From a virus (lineage: Duplodnaviria; Caudoviricetes), in IMG/VR virus record IMGVR_UViG_3300038679_000051, positions 192,001 through 256,000 of that record: a stretch of DNA of 64,000 nucleotides; one strand, 5' to 3'. How positions within the stretch are numbered: the first letter of the stretch is position 1; each line of letters opens with the position of its first letter. Position numbers and translations under genes: made by a program. Below the pieces are notes generated by a model. The model made no database searches and was not told where the DNA came from. It saw only the letters and a program-made list of their open reading frames with translations. Positions 28,625-39,861 of the stretch are shown piece by piece.

Positions 28625-31600
28625 ATGGCTGATAGAAGCCAACAAGCTGCCGAAATATTTCTAGGGACCGATGTTTTTCCTAACACATCGTCCATTAAAG
28701 TGGCTGTAAATGAAATAGGAAATGCATTAATACAAGGTATGGAGAAAGCGTATCAGAAGGTCAATGCTCAGATGACCAGGAAGATGGCGACAGCTGAAAA
28801 TCTTATACAATTTAAAATAAATATCGCAGATCCGACCGCAGAAATCACGAGAATACAGGAACAGGCCGTAGAAAAATGGAAGAAGGGACGTTTATTGATC
28901 GCTGCCGATCCGACTTCTTTAGCCGAATTTTCAGCGAGGGAATTAGATACGTTATCTAGAGAAGATCTCTATGATCCTGCTAAAGCCGAACAATTATTAA
29001 ATTTGTCCAATGCATTGAAGCTTACAGTAAGAGACACTGCGAACATAAATCTTTTTACGTTCGATGAACGAGAAGCGATCGTTGCTAAGACGCTCCACTT
29101 AGAGAAATCTCTCCAGAGGACGCACCGAGACATTACTGATGAAATGTACGAATCTTTAGAAGCAGCACAAATTATGGAGAAAACTGAAGGTAAATTGAGC
29201 AAGGAGATGCTGAAGAGATTATTGAAGGCGTCTGATGAATATAAGAAACATGAGAATTTAATGATCAGGATCAATAAATCAGGAGAGAAAGATATAAATC
29301 GACATAAAGAAACTATTGGCATTATGGATAAGATGTTAATTAGACAGAATAAGTTGCTTAAACAAGAAGAGGAGATGTTAAAAATAGGGAAGTTATTAGA
29401 TGCGCTTAAGATGGGGTGGGCTAAAAATTTATTGTCGGCACAGGGCATAGCTACTACCGTATTAGGTGGCCTTGCTGATAGTTTTAGTATGATGATCACC
29501 ACACAAGAACGGTTCCATACCGTGAATTATCGTATGTATCACAGCATAGGAGAGACATCAAATCAGATTTATGCGATGGCAAGAAATACTGGACTTCTGA
29601 CTGAGAATATTGAGAAATCATATCAGGCGATGATGGAAGTTGGTGCACCAAAGGCGGCAATTACGGAGTTGACTGAACAGAATGCTAAATTTGTTAGGAC
29701 TACCGGTGCGTCAGCAGATGTAGTCGCGAGATTTCAGAAAGTATTATATGCCACTACTGGGTCGACCAAATCGACTAGAGGTGCAATGGCTGCACTGATA
29801 CACCAAATGAAGACGGTTGGACTAAATGCCAGAGACGTTGAAGAAATTATGTCGATGGTTGAGAAAAACGCTGTAGCGTTTAAGACGATGTTTGGCAAAA
29901 GAGAGATTGAAGAATTTTCAGCTGTGATGATTAAATCAGCCGCAGCTGCTAAGCAATTTGGGGAATCGACGGCCAGAGCAGTTATGGATACAATTGGAAG
30001 AGTGTCGACTGGTGCGCTCGATCAATGGGACATGATGTTATATGGTGCTGATTTGATGTTTATGAAACCATCAGAAGCGATTACAACTATGATAATGGGG
30101 GCGGAGGACGCCAAACGGCAATTGGAAGGATTGCCATATTTTATGCAATTGCAACTTAAAGATCGTGCAGCGACCATTGAAGTGCACAGACAAATGTTGA
30201 AAGAGGCACAGGCAGCGGCACGTGCTCGTGGTGATGTTTCTAAGGAGGCTGTGGAGAGAGAATTAAAGAGAATAAACAAGAACAATGAAATAAAGGAGAA
30301 GGCAGAGGCAGAATCGCAGAGGACTTTACATATGCAGTTCAAGAAATTTACGGATGCACTCATACGAATCGGTGCATTGTTGGCCGATCCATTAGAAAAG
30401 CTTGTCGGACCAATAGAATGGGTAATCAAGGGCATTGAGACGCTTGTCGGCGGATTTGATAGCGCCACTAAAGGCATGGGTGTATTTGGTAGTGCTCTGA
30501 AATTATTGATTCTTGGTTTCATTACTATGAAGTCCATGTCGTTATTATATTGTAATACGATTGGTAAGGTTTTTGGTTCAAGTGGTTGTGTGACAAATTC
30601 ATTTGATGGAATATGTAAAATCCTTGGAAATAAGTTCAAAGGTTTGAGCAGCATAGTTAGTGGATTGTTTACTAAGAAAGCAGCGGGTGCCGCCGCTGGT
30701 GTGAGCGTTAAAGCTGCAGGTGCCGCTGCTGTGGGTGCTAAAGGTGCTGGTGGAATATTAGCTAGTATTGGCATGCTATTTAAGGGTGGGGGTGGATTGT
30801 TTGCAAGACTCGGTAGTGTATTAATGGGGGTTTTTAAGGTTGGTGTGAAATTTTTGGGATTATCGAATCCAATTGGATGGGTCATTTTAGCGTTGACATT
30901 GTTCCATAAAGAAATCTGGGGAATTGTCAAACCATTGTGGGATGTGGTATCGAAATTACTTGAATTGGCTTGGAGTGTGGTGAAGATCGCACTGATGCCA
31001 CTTCGTTTTTCCTTGACATTAATAGCCAAATTATTGCAATACTTCTTAGCTCCGGTTATAAAATGGTTTGGTGGATTAATCGAAAAAGTAAGTTATGCTG
31101 TGAAATGGTGGGAGGATGCTATGTTTGATTTCATGACTGAAATATTAGTGTGGACTAATAGACTTACTCTCGGTTGGAAATCGGCAGACACAATCCGAGC
31201 TGAGAGAGCTGCCGAGAAGGCAGCAAATGCAAATACAAAAGCAATTGAAGAGAACACTAATGTGATGGTAGGAGAAGAAGAAATAGAAGAAGAACCATTT
31301 AAAGCGATCGAAGGACCAGAATGGTTAGAACAATATCGACAGTTATCTAGCTTAGATAAGGCTGGACGAGAAGCTGAAGCTCAAAAACTCGGTTTTTCTG
31401 ATTTTAATGCTTGGACTGATGACATAAATAAGAAACTGGAACAAGAGGCACTTAGAAAAACTGAATTATATAAAACTGGCGAATATGATATCAGAACCGG
31501 ACAGAAAATGACCAAAGAAGACAAAGAGAAAGAAATCGAGAAGTCACGCAAAAAAGCGATAAAAACGGGAGTAGAAACAAAAGCAAAAGCAGAAACAGAA

Positions 31601-32083
31601 GTAAAGGCGGAGGCTGGCATTGGTTTTATGGATATTGCGGGGGCAATAATTCCTGGTTTGGGCATGTCTAATCTAGCAGCAAAAATAGCAACTAGTGCCA
31701 AGGGACAGCAAGATCAGATACAAATGCGGAAGTTACCAAGTTCTGGGAATTATCTTGCTAATGAGGATGGAACATATGACAACCTTCCCTCGTGGGTACA
31801 TGACAATACGACGAGTTCTGCATTGGCCACAGCCGCACCAGCCACTAATACGCCTAATGAACCGATAAATGCCCCATTGACTACAGATACGGCACGACCA
31901 AAAATTACTAATGAAATTGATATATTGACCATAATTAAGAATACGTTGCTGGGCATAGATGATAAGATTGATTTGCGACCATTGAAGGACATAGCTGTGA
32001 CGTTAGGGAATCAAGAGAGGAGTAGGTCGCCAAGTTTAGCTGGACTTGGGGTAGATGCCAATCAATGGCATAATAAGGTGTGA
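28625..32083 (+). CDS. Tail tape measure protein
   Basis: 1152 aa, helical Ala/Lys-rich, central hydrophobic/Gly-rich segments and W-spaced repeats; position in tail operon. Confidence 0.85.
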   Translation: MADRSQQAAEIFLGTDVFPNTSSIKVAVNEIGNALIQGMEKAYQKVNAQMTRKMATAENLIQFKINIADPTAEITRIQEQAVEKWKKGRLLIAADPTSLAEFSARELDTLSREDLYDPAKAEQLLNLSNALKLTVRDTANINLFTFDEREAIVAKTLHLEKSLQRTHRDITDEMYESLEAAQIMEKTEGKLSKEMLKRLLKASDEYKKHENLMIRINKSGEKDINRHKETIGIMDKMLIRQNKLLKQEEEMLKIGKLLDALKMGWAKNLLSAQGIATTVLGGLADSFSMMITTQERFHTVNYRMYHSIGETSNQIYAMARNTGLLTENIEKSYQAMMEVGAPKAAITELTEQNAKFVRTTGASADVVARFQKVLYATTGSTKSTRGAMAALIHQMKTVGLNARDVEEIMSMVEKNAVAFKTMFGKREIEEFSAVMIKSAAAAKQFGESTARAVMDTIGRVSTGALDQWDMMLYGADLMFMKPSEAITTMIMGAEDAKRQLEGLPYFMQLQLKDRAATIEVHRQMLKEAQAAARARGDVSKEAVERELKRINKNNEIKEKAEAESQRTLHMQFKKFTDALIRIGALLADPLEKLVGPIEWVIKGIETLVGGFDSATKGMGVFGSALKLLILGFITMKSMSLLYCNTIGKVFGSSGCVTNSFDGICKILGNKFKGLSSIVSGLFTKKAAGAAAGVSVKAAGAAAVGAKGAGGILASIGMLFKGGGGLFARLGSVLMGVFKVGVKFLGLSNPIGWVILALTLFHKEIWGIVKPLWDVVSKLLELAWSVVKIALMPLRFSLTLIAKLLQYFLAPVIKWFGGLIEKVSYAVKWWEDAMFDFMTEILVWTNRLTLGWKSADTIRAERAAEKAANANTKAIEENTNVMVGEEEIEEEPFKAIEGPEWLEQYRQLSSLDKAGREAEAQKLGFSDFNAWTDDINKKLEQEALRKTELYKTGEYDIRTGQKMTKEDKEKEIEKSRKKAIKTGVETKAKAETEVKAEAGIGFMDIAGAIIPGLGMSNLAAKIATSAKGQQDQIQMRKLPSSGNYLANEDGTYDNLPSWVHDNTTSSALATAAPATNTPNEPINAPLTTDTARPKITNEIDILTIIKNTLLGIDDKIDLRPLKDIAVTLGNQERSRSPSLAGLGVDANQWHNKV

Positions 32084-32091
32084 GGTGAATC

Positions 32092-32616
32092 ATGGCACTA
32101 ATGATACAACATGATCGAGATTTGGCTGGAACGGTTTCTCTAAATTTTACGCCTGGAGGAACACCAAAATTTCAATTTCCGCCGATATGTACTGCAGATT
32201 CGAAAAACACCGATTGGATGGAAATTGACAGTTGGTCAAATGAACGTACATCGATTAATAAGGGTGCGAATGGTCGTAAGTTAGGAATTGAGGCGACATA
32301 TATCATAGATGGTGATTGGACAGCCAATACAATCATTGAGCAAATTAGAACGATCAAAGCATTTTGTTATTTGGGACCACAAATTAGAGCCAGATATGTG
32401 ACAGTCAATTTCTATGAAATTTCTGGCGGAGCTGGAACTTATAGAATGACTGAAGCTAATGTAAAATATGAAGGGCCAATTATTGGGAAAGGAAATGATG
32501 CATTGCCGATGATATCGCGTATCACAATGGAACTCACATTTTATTCTCAATTACAAGGTAAACAGCAGATTGCTGGCCTGGTACAAGATGCAGCGTCAAA
32601 TAGGAAATGGTATTAA
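32092..32616 (+). CDS. Baseplate/tube-initiator-like protein (putative)
   Basis: Follows TMP; KFQFPP...VKYEGP..G..ALPMISRITMEL pattern of gp48/54-type proteins. Confidence 0.45.
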   Translation: MALMIQHDRDLAGTVSLNFTPGGTPKFQFPPICTADSKNTDWMEIDSWSNERTSINKGANGRKLGIEATYIIDGDWTANTIIEQIRTIKAFCYLGPQIRARYVTVNFYEISGGAGTYRMTEANVKYEGPIIGKGNDALPMISRITMELTFYSQLQGKQQIAGLVQDAASNRKWY

Positions 32617-32628
32617 TGGAGAAACATC

Positions 32629-32940
32629 ATGCCGATCAATCAGATTAGAAATGCCAGGTTCAATGAATCCATGCCGATCATTTTCGATGGTAAAGAATCA
32701 TTTGGGATGTGGAAGAAACCGAAATTCTTAGATGGTCGTCCATTTGAAGAGACCGTTGAATATGTCGTAGATAACACGAAAGCCGGACGCCCTGACCTGA
32801 TTTCCGATGAGATTTATGGCACGCCACAATTATATTGGGTTGTCATATCAGCAATGCGGCCGATGGTTACGACTAATTGGCCCAATGCCGGTGACGTGCT
32901 GAAGCTTCCATCGAGTTCCGAGGTGTATGCTCAGTTGTAA
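32629..32940 (+). CDS. Baseplate wedge protein, LysM-like (T4 gp53-like)
   Basis: GRPDLISDEIYGTPQLYWVVI...GDVLKLP. Confidence 0.85.
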   Translation: MPINQIRNARFNESMPIIFDGKESFGMWKKPKFLDGRPFEETVEYVVDNTKAGRPDLISDEIYGTPQLYWVVISAMRPMVTTNWPNAGDVLKLPSSSEVYAQL

Positions 32941-32954
32941 GGATACATAATGAC

Positions 32955-35225
32955 ATGAGTGGATCTCCAAGAACGCCGGGGCAACTCGGTAGCGACAATC
33001 TTGCACAAGTTTGGCGTCGATATTATGACGCCAGAACTGCTGATTCATGGCATCGTTTTAACGGTTGGTTCAGGGCGGCTGTGGTTGAGACGAATGACCC
33101 GTTGCAAATGCATCGTGTCAGATTTAAGTGTCCAGAATTACATGACCATGATTTGAAGCCAGAGGAATGTCCATGGGCAGTTCCAGCGCCGTGGATGGGT
33201 TGTTCGGGTGCACAATTCTGGGCGCACCCAATGATTGACGATATTGTCTGGGTATATTGGGAGAAAAACAATCCAGTCGCTCCCATTTGGGTCGGTTTTG
33301 CTACGCCGACGCGCAGAAAATTTTATGCGCTTGAGTCAGTCTATACGAAATCACCGCTTTCAGTAAACAAAGATGGTGATCCAGCCGACAAACCGAACGA
33401 TTATTTGGAGGAATATTTATCCAAGGATTATAGGCCATATTCATTGGGTTGGAAGGATAGATATGGCACGTTCTCGTATTCACATTCAATAGGTTATTTT
33501 CCAGATGAGCACAAGGATAAGCCAGCACCAGTTGGATATGATGCGATACAAAAGGGTGAATTTGAACCGAAAGGTCAAGCACCGAAAGTCAATGATCCAG
33601 ATGTGAAATTACATGCGTTGTGTACTAAATATGGCATCTATAGTTTATCTGTTGATACCGGATATCATTGGCAGAAGAAAGACGGTGATGATTATGGTGA
33701 ATTCGAAGGAAAATTTGATAAAGATCGTGAATTCGACATCAAACGTTTTAAATATTTGCGCAAGCATTTTAATGAGCAAAAAGAGAAGGATCGTGATCAA
33801 CGAAGATATGAAGTTAGAACCAGATATGGACATAAATTCGAAATGCGCGACGTTGGATGGGCGCAGAAAAAGCCAATAGAAAGCAAGAGCAGACCAAAAG
33901 AATATGATGAAGAGAAATATCTATCTAAAGAAGAAGAGCGCGATGAGACATGGATAAAATTGCGCTCCAAGAACGGCCATTTGTTTCAGATGTATGACAA
34001 GGGCGTGAATTATAAAAAAGATGAATTTATCAAGAGATTGATTAAAGAGGAAATAGGTGGTGAGCCGGATGAAGAAGATGGTTATTGGAAGGAGAAGGAA
34101 GACGCCCGTTGGGTCAGATTGATGACTAGGTGGGGTCTGAAGTTCGTCCTCGACGATCGTGGCGTCCATTATACTGAAGCAGAAAAACACGTCAAACCCA
34201 GAGCAAACGGCATATTGTTGAAAGGACGTAGGAAAGTCTGTGAGAAGGATGACGGCAAAGATGGTCTCGGATTTGGCATAGAATTCTGTGAAAAGAAACA
34301 ATTGAATAAATTGTCGATGTATACGCCGAAGAGCAAAATATTAGAGTTGAATGACAAAAAAGATTATATTATGTTGTGCACGGACACGGAATCACCATTA
34401 TCTGAATCATGGAAGGGATTGGAACAACATGAGTTTGCATTGAACATGGCTATGACGTTCGAACCAGAAAAGAATACACATCATCTTAAACTCGATTATA
34501 TGAATGAATACGTTAGATTGAAAACTAGGGCTGGTAATGGCAAAGGCGCAAAAGGAGAGACCGGCTGTGATGAACCATGTGTCAAACTCAAAGCTCTAAA
34601 TCAAGGCATAGAAATGCGCGATGGTGAGAAATTATGTGGTACTGGGCAGACATGGACCGAAATCAATGACGCCGATGATAGAGGTCTGTGGTTCTCGCAC
34701 GACAATGAATTTTCGGTCTGGAGGGCCAGACTCAAAGATTTTGAAGGCAAACCGGCAAGAGACATGCACATTGGCATGTCCGATAAAGGGAAATTTATAA
34801 TCATTTGGAACAATGAAGAGGGAGGTAAGGTACAAATATGGTGTGCGCAAGACGTTGAAATTAAATCTGACAGACATATAAAATTAGACGCCAAAGATAG
34901 CGTTTATATCAAAGCTGGAAAGAAATTCTGTGTAGAGGCTGGGGGCGCACATCTTTTGCTTGCCCCGAACGTGCTTGGTACGGATGTCGATTTTAATGCA
35001 CCGCGATCAAATGCCATTCATACTGGATGTGCACCTGGTGGCGATGCTGGTCCGAAATCACCAGTTTCTTGCGTACCACCAAGCGTTGCACCTAGATTCA
35101 TAAGTCCAGTGGCACCATCTGATAGAGCGGAAGTGAAGAACGAGCCGTTTGACAAGGAAAAAGAAGAAGTACTTGAAAAACCGGATGATGACGATGCCGG
35201 TGAGAAAGGAAAACCAGGTGAATAA
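32955..35225 (+). CDS. Baseplate central spike/hub (gp5/VgrG-like OB-fold)
   Basis: AVVETNDPLQMHRVRFKCPELH...PWAVP...HPMIDDIVWVYWEKNNPVAPIWVG; C-terminal QDVEIKSDRHIKLDA beta-helix repeats. Confidence 0.8.
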   Translation: MSGSPRTPGQLGSDNLAQVWRRYYDARTADSWHRFNGWFRAAVVETNDPLQMHRVRFKCPELHDHDLKPEECPWAVPAPWMGCSGAQFWAHPMIDDIVWVYWEKNNPVAPIWVGFATPTRRKFYALESVYTKSPLSVNKDGDPADKPNDYLEEYLSKDYRPYSLGWKDRYGTFSYSHSIGYFPDEHKDKPAPVGYDAIQKGEFEPKGQAPKVNDPDVKLHALCTKYGIYSLSVDTGYHWQKKDGDDYGEFEGKFDKDREFDIKRFKYLRKHFNEQKEKDRDQRRYEVRTRYGHKFEMRDVGWAQKKPIESKSRPKEYDEEKYLSKEEERDETWIKLRSKNGHLFQMYDKGVNYKKDEFIKRLIKEEIGGEPDEEDGYWKEKEDARWVRLMTRWGLKFVLDDRGVHYTEAEKHVKPRANGILLKGRRKVCEKDDGKDGLGFGIEFCEKKQLNKLSMYTPKSKILELNDKKDYIMLCTDTESPLSESWKGLEQHEFALNMAMTFEPEKNTHHLKLDYMNEYVRLKTRAGNGKGAKGETGCDEPCVKLKALNQGIEMRDGEKLCGTGQTWTEINDADDRGLWFSHDNEFSVWRARLKDFEGKPARDMHIGMSDKGKFIIIWNNEEGGKVQIWCAQDVEIKSDRHIKLDAKDSVYIKAGKKFCVEAGGAHLLLAPNVLGTDVDFNAPRSNAIHTGCAPGGDAGPKSPVSCVPPSVAPRFISPVAPSDRAEVKNEPFDKEKEEVLEKPDDDDAGEKGKPGE

Positions 35226-35358
35226 GCCGATAAAAAGAGAACCGATTAAGAAAATCCCCGCCGTCGTTAAGAAAAAAGGGGTCAATTCTATGATGCCAGG
35301 GAAAAATCATGGATATGGGAGAAGCACTCTAAAAGTAATTAAAGGTTAAAAATAAGGT

Positions 35359-36063
35359 ATGATCATTAGTTTTCCGACTGCATTGTATAAAAACGTCATT
35401 CCTGGTCCTGGTGGCAGTGGGAATGTCACTTGGTTGATTTCTAGTACGGATCCACCACGGTCGGTCGAATCATTCCAGCAAATACCCCCAGCTGAATCAA
35501 TTCGTAGAAGAGATCCGCCGACGTTTACCGATAGACAACGTAGAGACGCCATGGGTGATGCCGTATTTTCGTTATCGCAGGGATCACAAAGCATCGTTGG
35601 CACTGCTGTAAAGCAATTCGAAATAGGTCAAATTCTCGAATTCGAAGATGAAACGTTACCGGAAACGACCATCACGCCATTACCAGCCATGGTTGACATA
35701 CAGCAGAACACTAATTTGTTGGATTTGTCTGCATTGGGACTTACTGATAGTGAGATAGATAGAGTGACGCAGGAATCTGAAAAAGTTAAGAAACAGATTG
35801 AAGATGAGATTGTTTCTCTCAAACGGAACGTCGATGATATGTCGATATCGATAAATGAAAACCAAAAACGAATCAATGAAGCAGATAAAACGTTGGATGC
35901 TGCAACCGTCATTAATGATGAAGCCATTGTCAATAAAATGAATCTCAAAATATCTGAATTGACCGAACAGAGAATAATATTGGTGGAGGAATTGAATGCA
36001 TATAATGAACGGATCGGCGTGAAGTATGATCAATTACTCAAAGTAATACAATTAGTAAGATAA
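35359..36063 (+). CDS. Hypothetical baseplate-region protein with coiled coil
   Basis: 234-aa ORF between spike and gp25. Confidence 0.6.
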   Translation: MIISFPTALYKNVIPGPGGSGNVTWLISSTDPPRSVESFQQIPPAESIRRRDPPTFTDRQRRDAMGDAVFSLSQGSQSIVGTAVKQFEIGQILEFEDETLPETTITPLPAMVDIQQNTNLLDLSALGLTDSEIDRVTQESEKVKKQIEDEIVSLKRNVDDMSISINENQKRINEADKTLDAATVINDEAIVNKMNLKISELTEQRIILVEELNAYNERIGVKYDQLLKVIQLVR

Positions 36064-36090
36064 TCCAAAAATAAGGGAGAGGGATCATTT

Positions 36091-36480
36091 ATGGCTGTTG
36101 TTAAGAACTCAATATATCGTGGTTGGAATGCCCCATTCGTAGGTGGCAATCAAGGATTAATGTCTTTGCAATCGGACGAACGTTTAATCAAAAATGACAT
36201 ATTGCAATTATTGTTGACGTCACCGGGCGAGAGAGTTATGATGCCGAATTTCGGCACTCCAATTAGGACAGCACCGTTCGAACAATTAGATCAAGTGACG
36301 ACGGATGAATTAGAAAGGGCGATCAGACGGTCATTAGATGCGTATGAAAAAAGAGTGATCGTCGATGACGTGCTGTTGTCTAGAATAGATGAACATAATC
36401 TTCTAGACATAAAAATTTTTGTGAGATTGAGGACTGACATTGAGAAGAAATTACTGATTGAAGCAAAGGTGAAAATCTAA
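36091..36480 (+). CDS. Baseplate wedge subunit (T4 gp25-like)
   Basis: LLLTSPGERVMMPNFGT...YEKRV. Confidence 0.92.
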   Translation: MAVVKNSIYRGWNAPFVGGNQGLMSLQSDERLIKNDILQLLLTSPGERVMMPNFGTPIRTAPFEQLDQVTTDELERAIRRSLDAYEKRVIVDDVLLSRIDEHNLLDIKIFVRLRTDIEKKLLIEAKVKI

Positions 36481-38063
36481 TGGAACAAGAATCACATTTC
36501 ATTCTTCCTAATTCTCCAGAGGAGTTTGGCGTATTGCTCCCACTCCCCGAATTGAGGAGAATAGATTTTTCGGCTCTAGAATTTACGACGTTACAACGTG
36601 CATTGATCGAATACATGAAATCATATTATCCTACTTTTAATGATTTCACGCCGCAAAATGGTGTAATGATGCTAATAGACTTAATAGCGTATGTTGGTTC
36701 AGTTTTATCATTGCGTTCCGACATTCTTGCGGATGAATCATTTTTGCCTACTGCCCAAACGATCGACGCCGTCATCAATCATTTGGAATTAATTGGACAG
36801 AAAATGAATCGTCCGACTCCAGCCGTAGTTGATTTAGAATGTTCAATCTCAGAGGCTGCACAGAGCGAGATTAGAATACCTTCTGGTATTGTGTTCAATC
36901 TCCGTGGGGCTGATGGTGCGCCATTGACGTATGAATTATATAGAGCACCTGGTGATTTTACCAATCCAATAACGATACCGCCCGGCAAACGTGGCGTCAT
37001 TGGGTTTGCTATCGAGGGTCTATTCGCCACTCCAGTGATTGCAACGTCGGCTGGTGGTCCATCACAGACGATCGACCTAATCAGCAAAAACATTTTAGAT
37101 GATCCAATCTTTGTAGACATAACTTCAGGAAACACAATCAAACGATGGCGTCGGGTGAATTTCATTGAAACGGCTGATGCTACGGATGAAGTATATGAAG
37201 TTAAATTTTTTGAGGACAAGGCTACAGTCGTTTTTGGCGATGATGTACATGGTAAAGCACCATTGGCGGGTCAGATTTTTGAGATTAGATATAGAATTGG
37301 TGGTGGCATTAGAGGCAGAATTGGTGCTGGTTTGATTAGAGAGAGCAGACCAATTTCTCCCCAACCGCCGTTTACGGCGGCGGTTGACGTGACGTTTAGA
37401 AATCTTAATGCTTCGTCTGGTGGGGTTGATGGAGAGTCAATAGAAGATGCAAAACGTAGGGCACCAAGAGAATATGCAACGCATGGCAATGCAGTATCTG
37501 ATTCTGATTATGCACATATCTGTTCGCAATTTAGTCATCCAGTATTTGGATCAGTCTTAAAAGCGGTAGCAACCATCAGGACGTCGTTAAATGCTAATTT
37601 AGTAGAGGCATATGTGCTTGCTCAAGGACCAGGCAATGTTCCAGTTGCACCGTCTGCTGGATTAAAGAAAGGTCTAATTACATATCTTGAAGAAAGAAAC
37701 GTTCTGACAGATGAAGTGCGGGTGATGGATGGAGCCATTAAACCAGTTGATGTTCAGGCCAATGTGGTGATGGCTGCTAATGCTGACGCTGGCACGGTCA
37801 AAGAACAGGTCAATGCGGTGATCGACAATTTCTTCAGCATTAACAATTTTGATATGGGACAGGGTCTTTATTATAGTCAATTGTTGGCAGCAATGCAACA
37901 AGTCGATGGAGTTCAATTCGTGGACATGTTTAAACCATCAGATGACATATTGCCGACAAAGAAGATTGCCGACCCAATAAATCAAGGGGTTGGATTCAAT
38001 GAATTGATTACGATTGGAAATAAGAAGATCAGGTTCTATTTTGAGAAAGGCAGATACAATTGA
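36480..38063 (+). CDS. Baseplate wedge subunit (T4 gp6/baseplate J-like)
   Basis: IDFSALEF, GVMMLIDLIAYVG, FGDDVHGKAP, GGVDGESIEDAKRRAP, AVSDSDY. Confidence 0.92.
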   Translation: MEQESHFILPNSPEEFGVLLPLPELRRIDFSALEFTTLQRALIEYMKSYYPTFNDFTPQNGVMMLIDLIAYVGSVLSLRSDILADESFLPTAQTIDAVINHLELIGQKMNRPTPAVVDLECSISEAAQSEIRIPSGIVFNLRGADGAPLTYELYRAPGDFTNPITIPPGKRGVIGFAIEGLFATPVIATSAGGPSQTIDLISKNILDDPIFVDITSGNTIKRWRRVNFIETADATDEVYEVKFFEDKATVVFGDDVHGKAPLAGQIFEIRYRIGGGIRGRIGAGLIRESRPISPQPPFTAAVDVTFRNLNASSGGVDGESIEDAKRRAPREYATHGNAVSDSDYAHICSQFSHPVFGSVLKAVATIRTSLNANLVEAYVLAQGPGNVPVAPSAGLKKGLITYLEERNVLTDEVRVMDGAIKPVDVQANVVMAANADAGTVKEQVNAVIDNFFSINNFDMGQGLYYSQLLAAMQQVDGVQFVDMFKPSDDILPTKKIADPINQGVGFNELITIGNKKIRFYFEKGRYN

Positions 38064-38102
38064 CGATTGTGGACGATGTGATATATTGAATACGGGGTGC
38101 GC

Positions 38103-38606
38103 ATGAAATCAATACACATCGTAGTAAGATTAACTATGAGATTGACGAAAGAAAATGTCGCTCTGATTAGACGCAGAGCAACGGATGGTTTTGTGTTGGA
38201 ACCAGATCATATATATGAGGAAAAGTGGACGCGATGCGTAAATGATTTAGTCGAAAATTTAAGGCGGCGGAATGAAATTGAAAAAGCAACGATGTTAATT
38301 CAACAACAACAAAAGATGAGTGAACATAGAAAGAAAGTTCTTGATTGCAAGATTTTAGACATGCCAGGAGACGCGGATGCATTGGTCATCACAGATGGCA
38401 TAAACGTCGGTCGTTTTTCCTTCAAAGAAGGCACTAGGATTGCGAATGCCTGGGTTGATTCGGCTGATCATGACGTTTATGTGGTTAGGAGGATGCTTGA
38501 AGTCTTGTGTAAATCATTCATGATCGATTCTGCGATGATTGAAGGTTCTGGTCGATATAAAAAATGGATAGAAAATGAAAGCAATTCGTTCCCTGCGGTA
38601 AGTTAA
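38103..38606 (+). CDS. Hypothetical protein
   Basis: ORF of about 167 aa; start uncertain. Confidence 0.5.
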   Translation: MKSIHIVVRLTMRLTKENVALIRRRATDGFVLEPDHIYEEKWTRCVNDLVENLRRRNEIEKATMLIQQQQKMSEHRKKVLDCKILDMPGDADALVITDGINVGRFSFKEGTRIANAWVDSADHDVYVVRRMLEVLCKSFMIDSAMIEGSGRYKKWIENESNSFPAVS

Positions 38607-38827
38607 CGACCAATTAGAAAATCATTTATTATCCTTTCAGTTTTGTCGTTTACTTCATCTTTATCAATCTCGAACTTCGTGGATATGTGTTCGACGATTG
38701 AATTCGCAAATTCGTCGATTGTCATCGATTCAGGCAATTCATATTCATTGTCCCTAGTCGATGCGACGTAGAAAAAGATGGCCTCGGCCAGAGCTTTTAG
38801 ATCGGGTTTCTGTAAGTCGGTCGCCAT
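38603..38827 (-). CDS. Hypothetical protein
   Basis: 74-aa ORF, GAGGAGG RBS. Confidence 0.6.
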   Translation of the reverse strand: MATDLQKPDLKALAEAIFFYVASTRDNEYELPESMTIDEFANSIVEHISTKFEIDKDEVNDKTERIINDFLIGR

Positions 38828-38912
38828 GGTATTTCCTCCTCACATTGTGCACTCCTCTACTTTTATTTTACACTAAAATGTAATTTTTGTCAAGTTTGTT
38901 AAACATATTTAG

Positions 38913-39758
38913 TTATGATTTGAGGCTTTTCGCTAACTCATCAATTTTAGTCATCAAATTTTTTATATCAATCTTTTGGTATGTCTTCGGTATGTCTTCC
39001 GATTTCTTGATCAATTCTTCGACGCTCAGTTTTCCCTCCTCGTATTGTTTTATCATTTTCATTGGTTCCTGGAGAGAGAATAATTTGTTTTCAGTCAATT
39101 TATATATGAAATTGAATTGTTCCCAGTCATGCCATATAATTGCGTCATTGTTGATCGTACCGCCTATTCGCGTTTTTATTTCTTTTAGAATTTGTGCATC
39201 CACATCACTAAGTGCAATAATCGGTCCATTGGACATTATCATAGTCATGCCTTTTGTTTCTAATAAACCGAAGAAATAACCAATGAATGCATCGTCATTA
39301 AAGCGTTTTTTAACAAATGATTGCTTGTCATTTAATTTTCGCATCTCTTTGGCATACATATCAAGATTCTTGATCTTGGTGATCAATGATTGTTCACGAT
39401 AATCAATCATCAACTTCGCATGACGTTGTTTTATTTGCAAAAATGGCAGAATTTTGATCATCAGGAAATAACCATTCAGTATGCCAAGTCTCCAGAAGAT
39501 TTGTTTCTTGTTATCATTTTCAAGGAATTCACCAACGCCGGTCATGGTGCGTAATGCTACTATGAAATTGGCATTCCTAGAACAGACTCTAATCATCCAA
39601 TGCAGATGATCATTTTCCGTAGTGCAAGTAAACGATGCGGCTGAATCGACTACTCCAGCAATAAATCCCATTTCAAGATCATTTAAGTCAAGGCATTTAT
39701 CTTTATGTCTTGCTAATAAGGCTCTTCTGGATTTATTCATGCCATGTCTCCTGTTCAT
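38913..39758 (-). mobile_element. Free-standing double-motif LAGLIDADG homing-endonuclease-like protein (degenerate motifs)
   Basis: GFIAGVVDSAASF and GYFFGLLETKGMT; ILPFLQIKQRHAKLMIDY. Confidence 0.7.
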
Positions 39759-39861
39759 ATTCTATGTTCATATTTGACAGAAAATATATCATTAATGGAA
39801 ATTTATGTTAGTAGAGGGAAGTTTGGTTGAAAGAGAACCCTAGAGAAAAGGAGAAATAACC

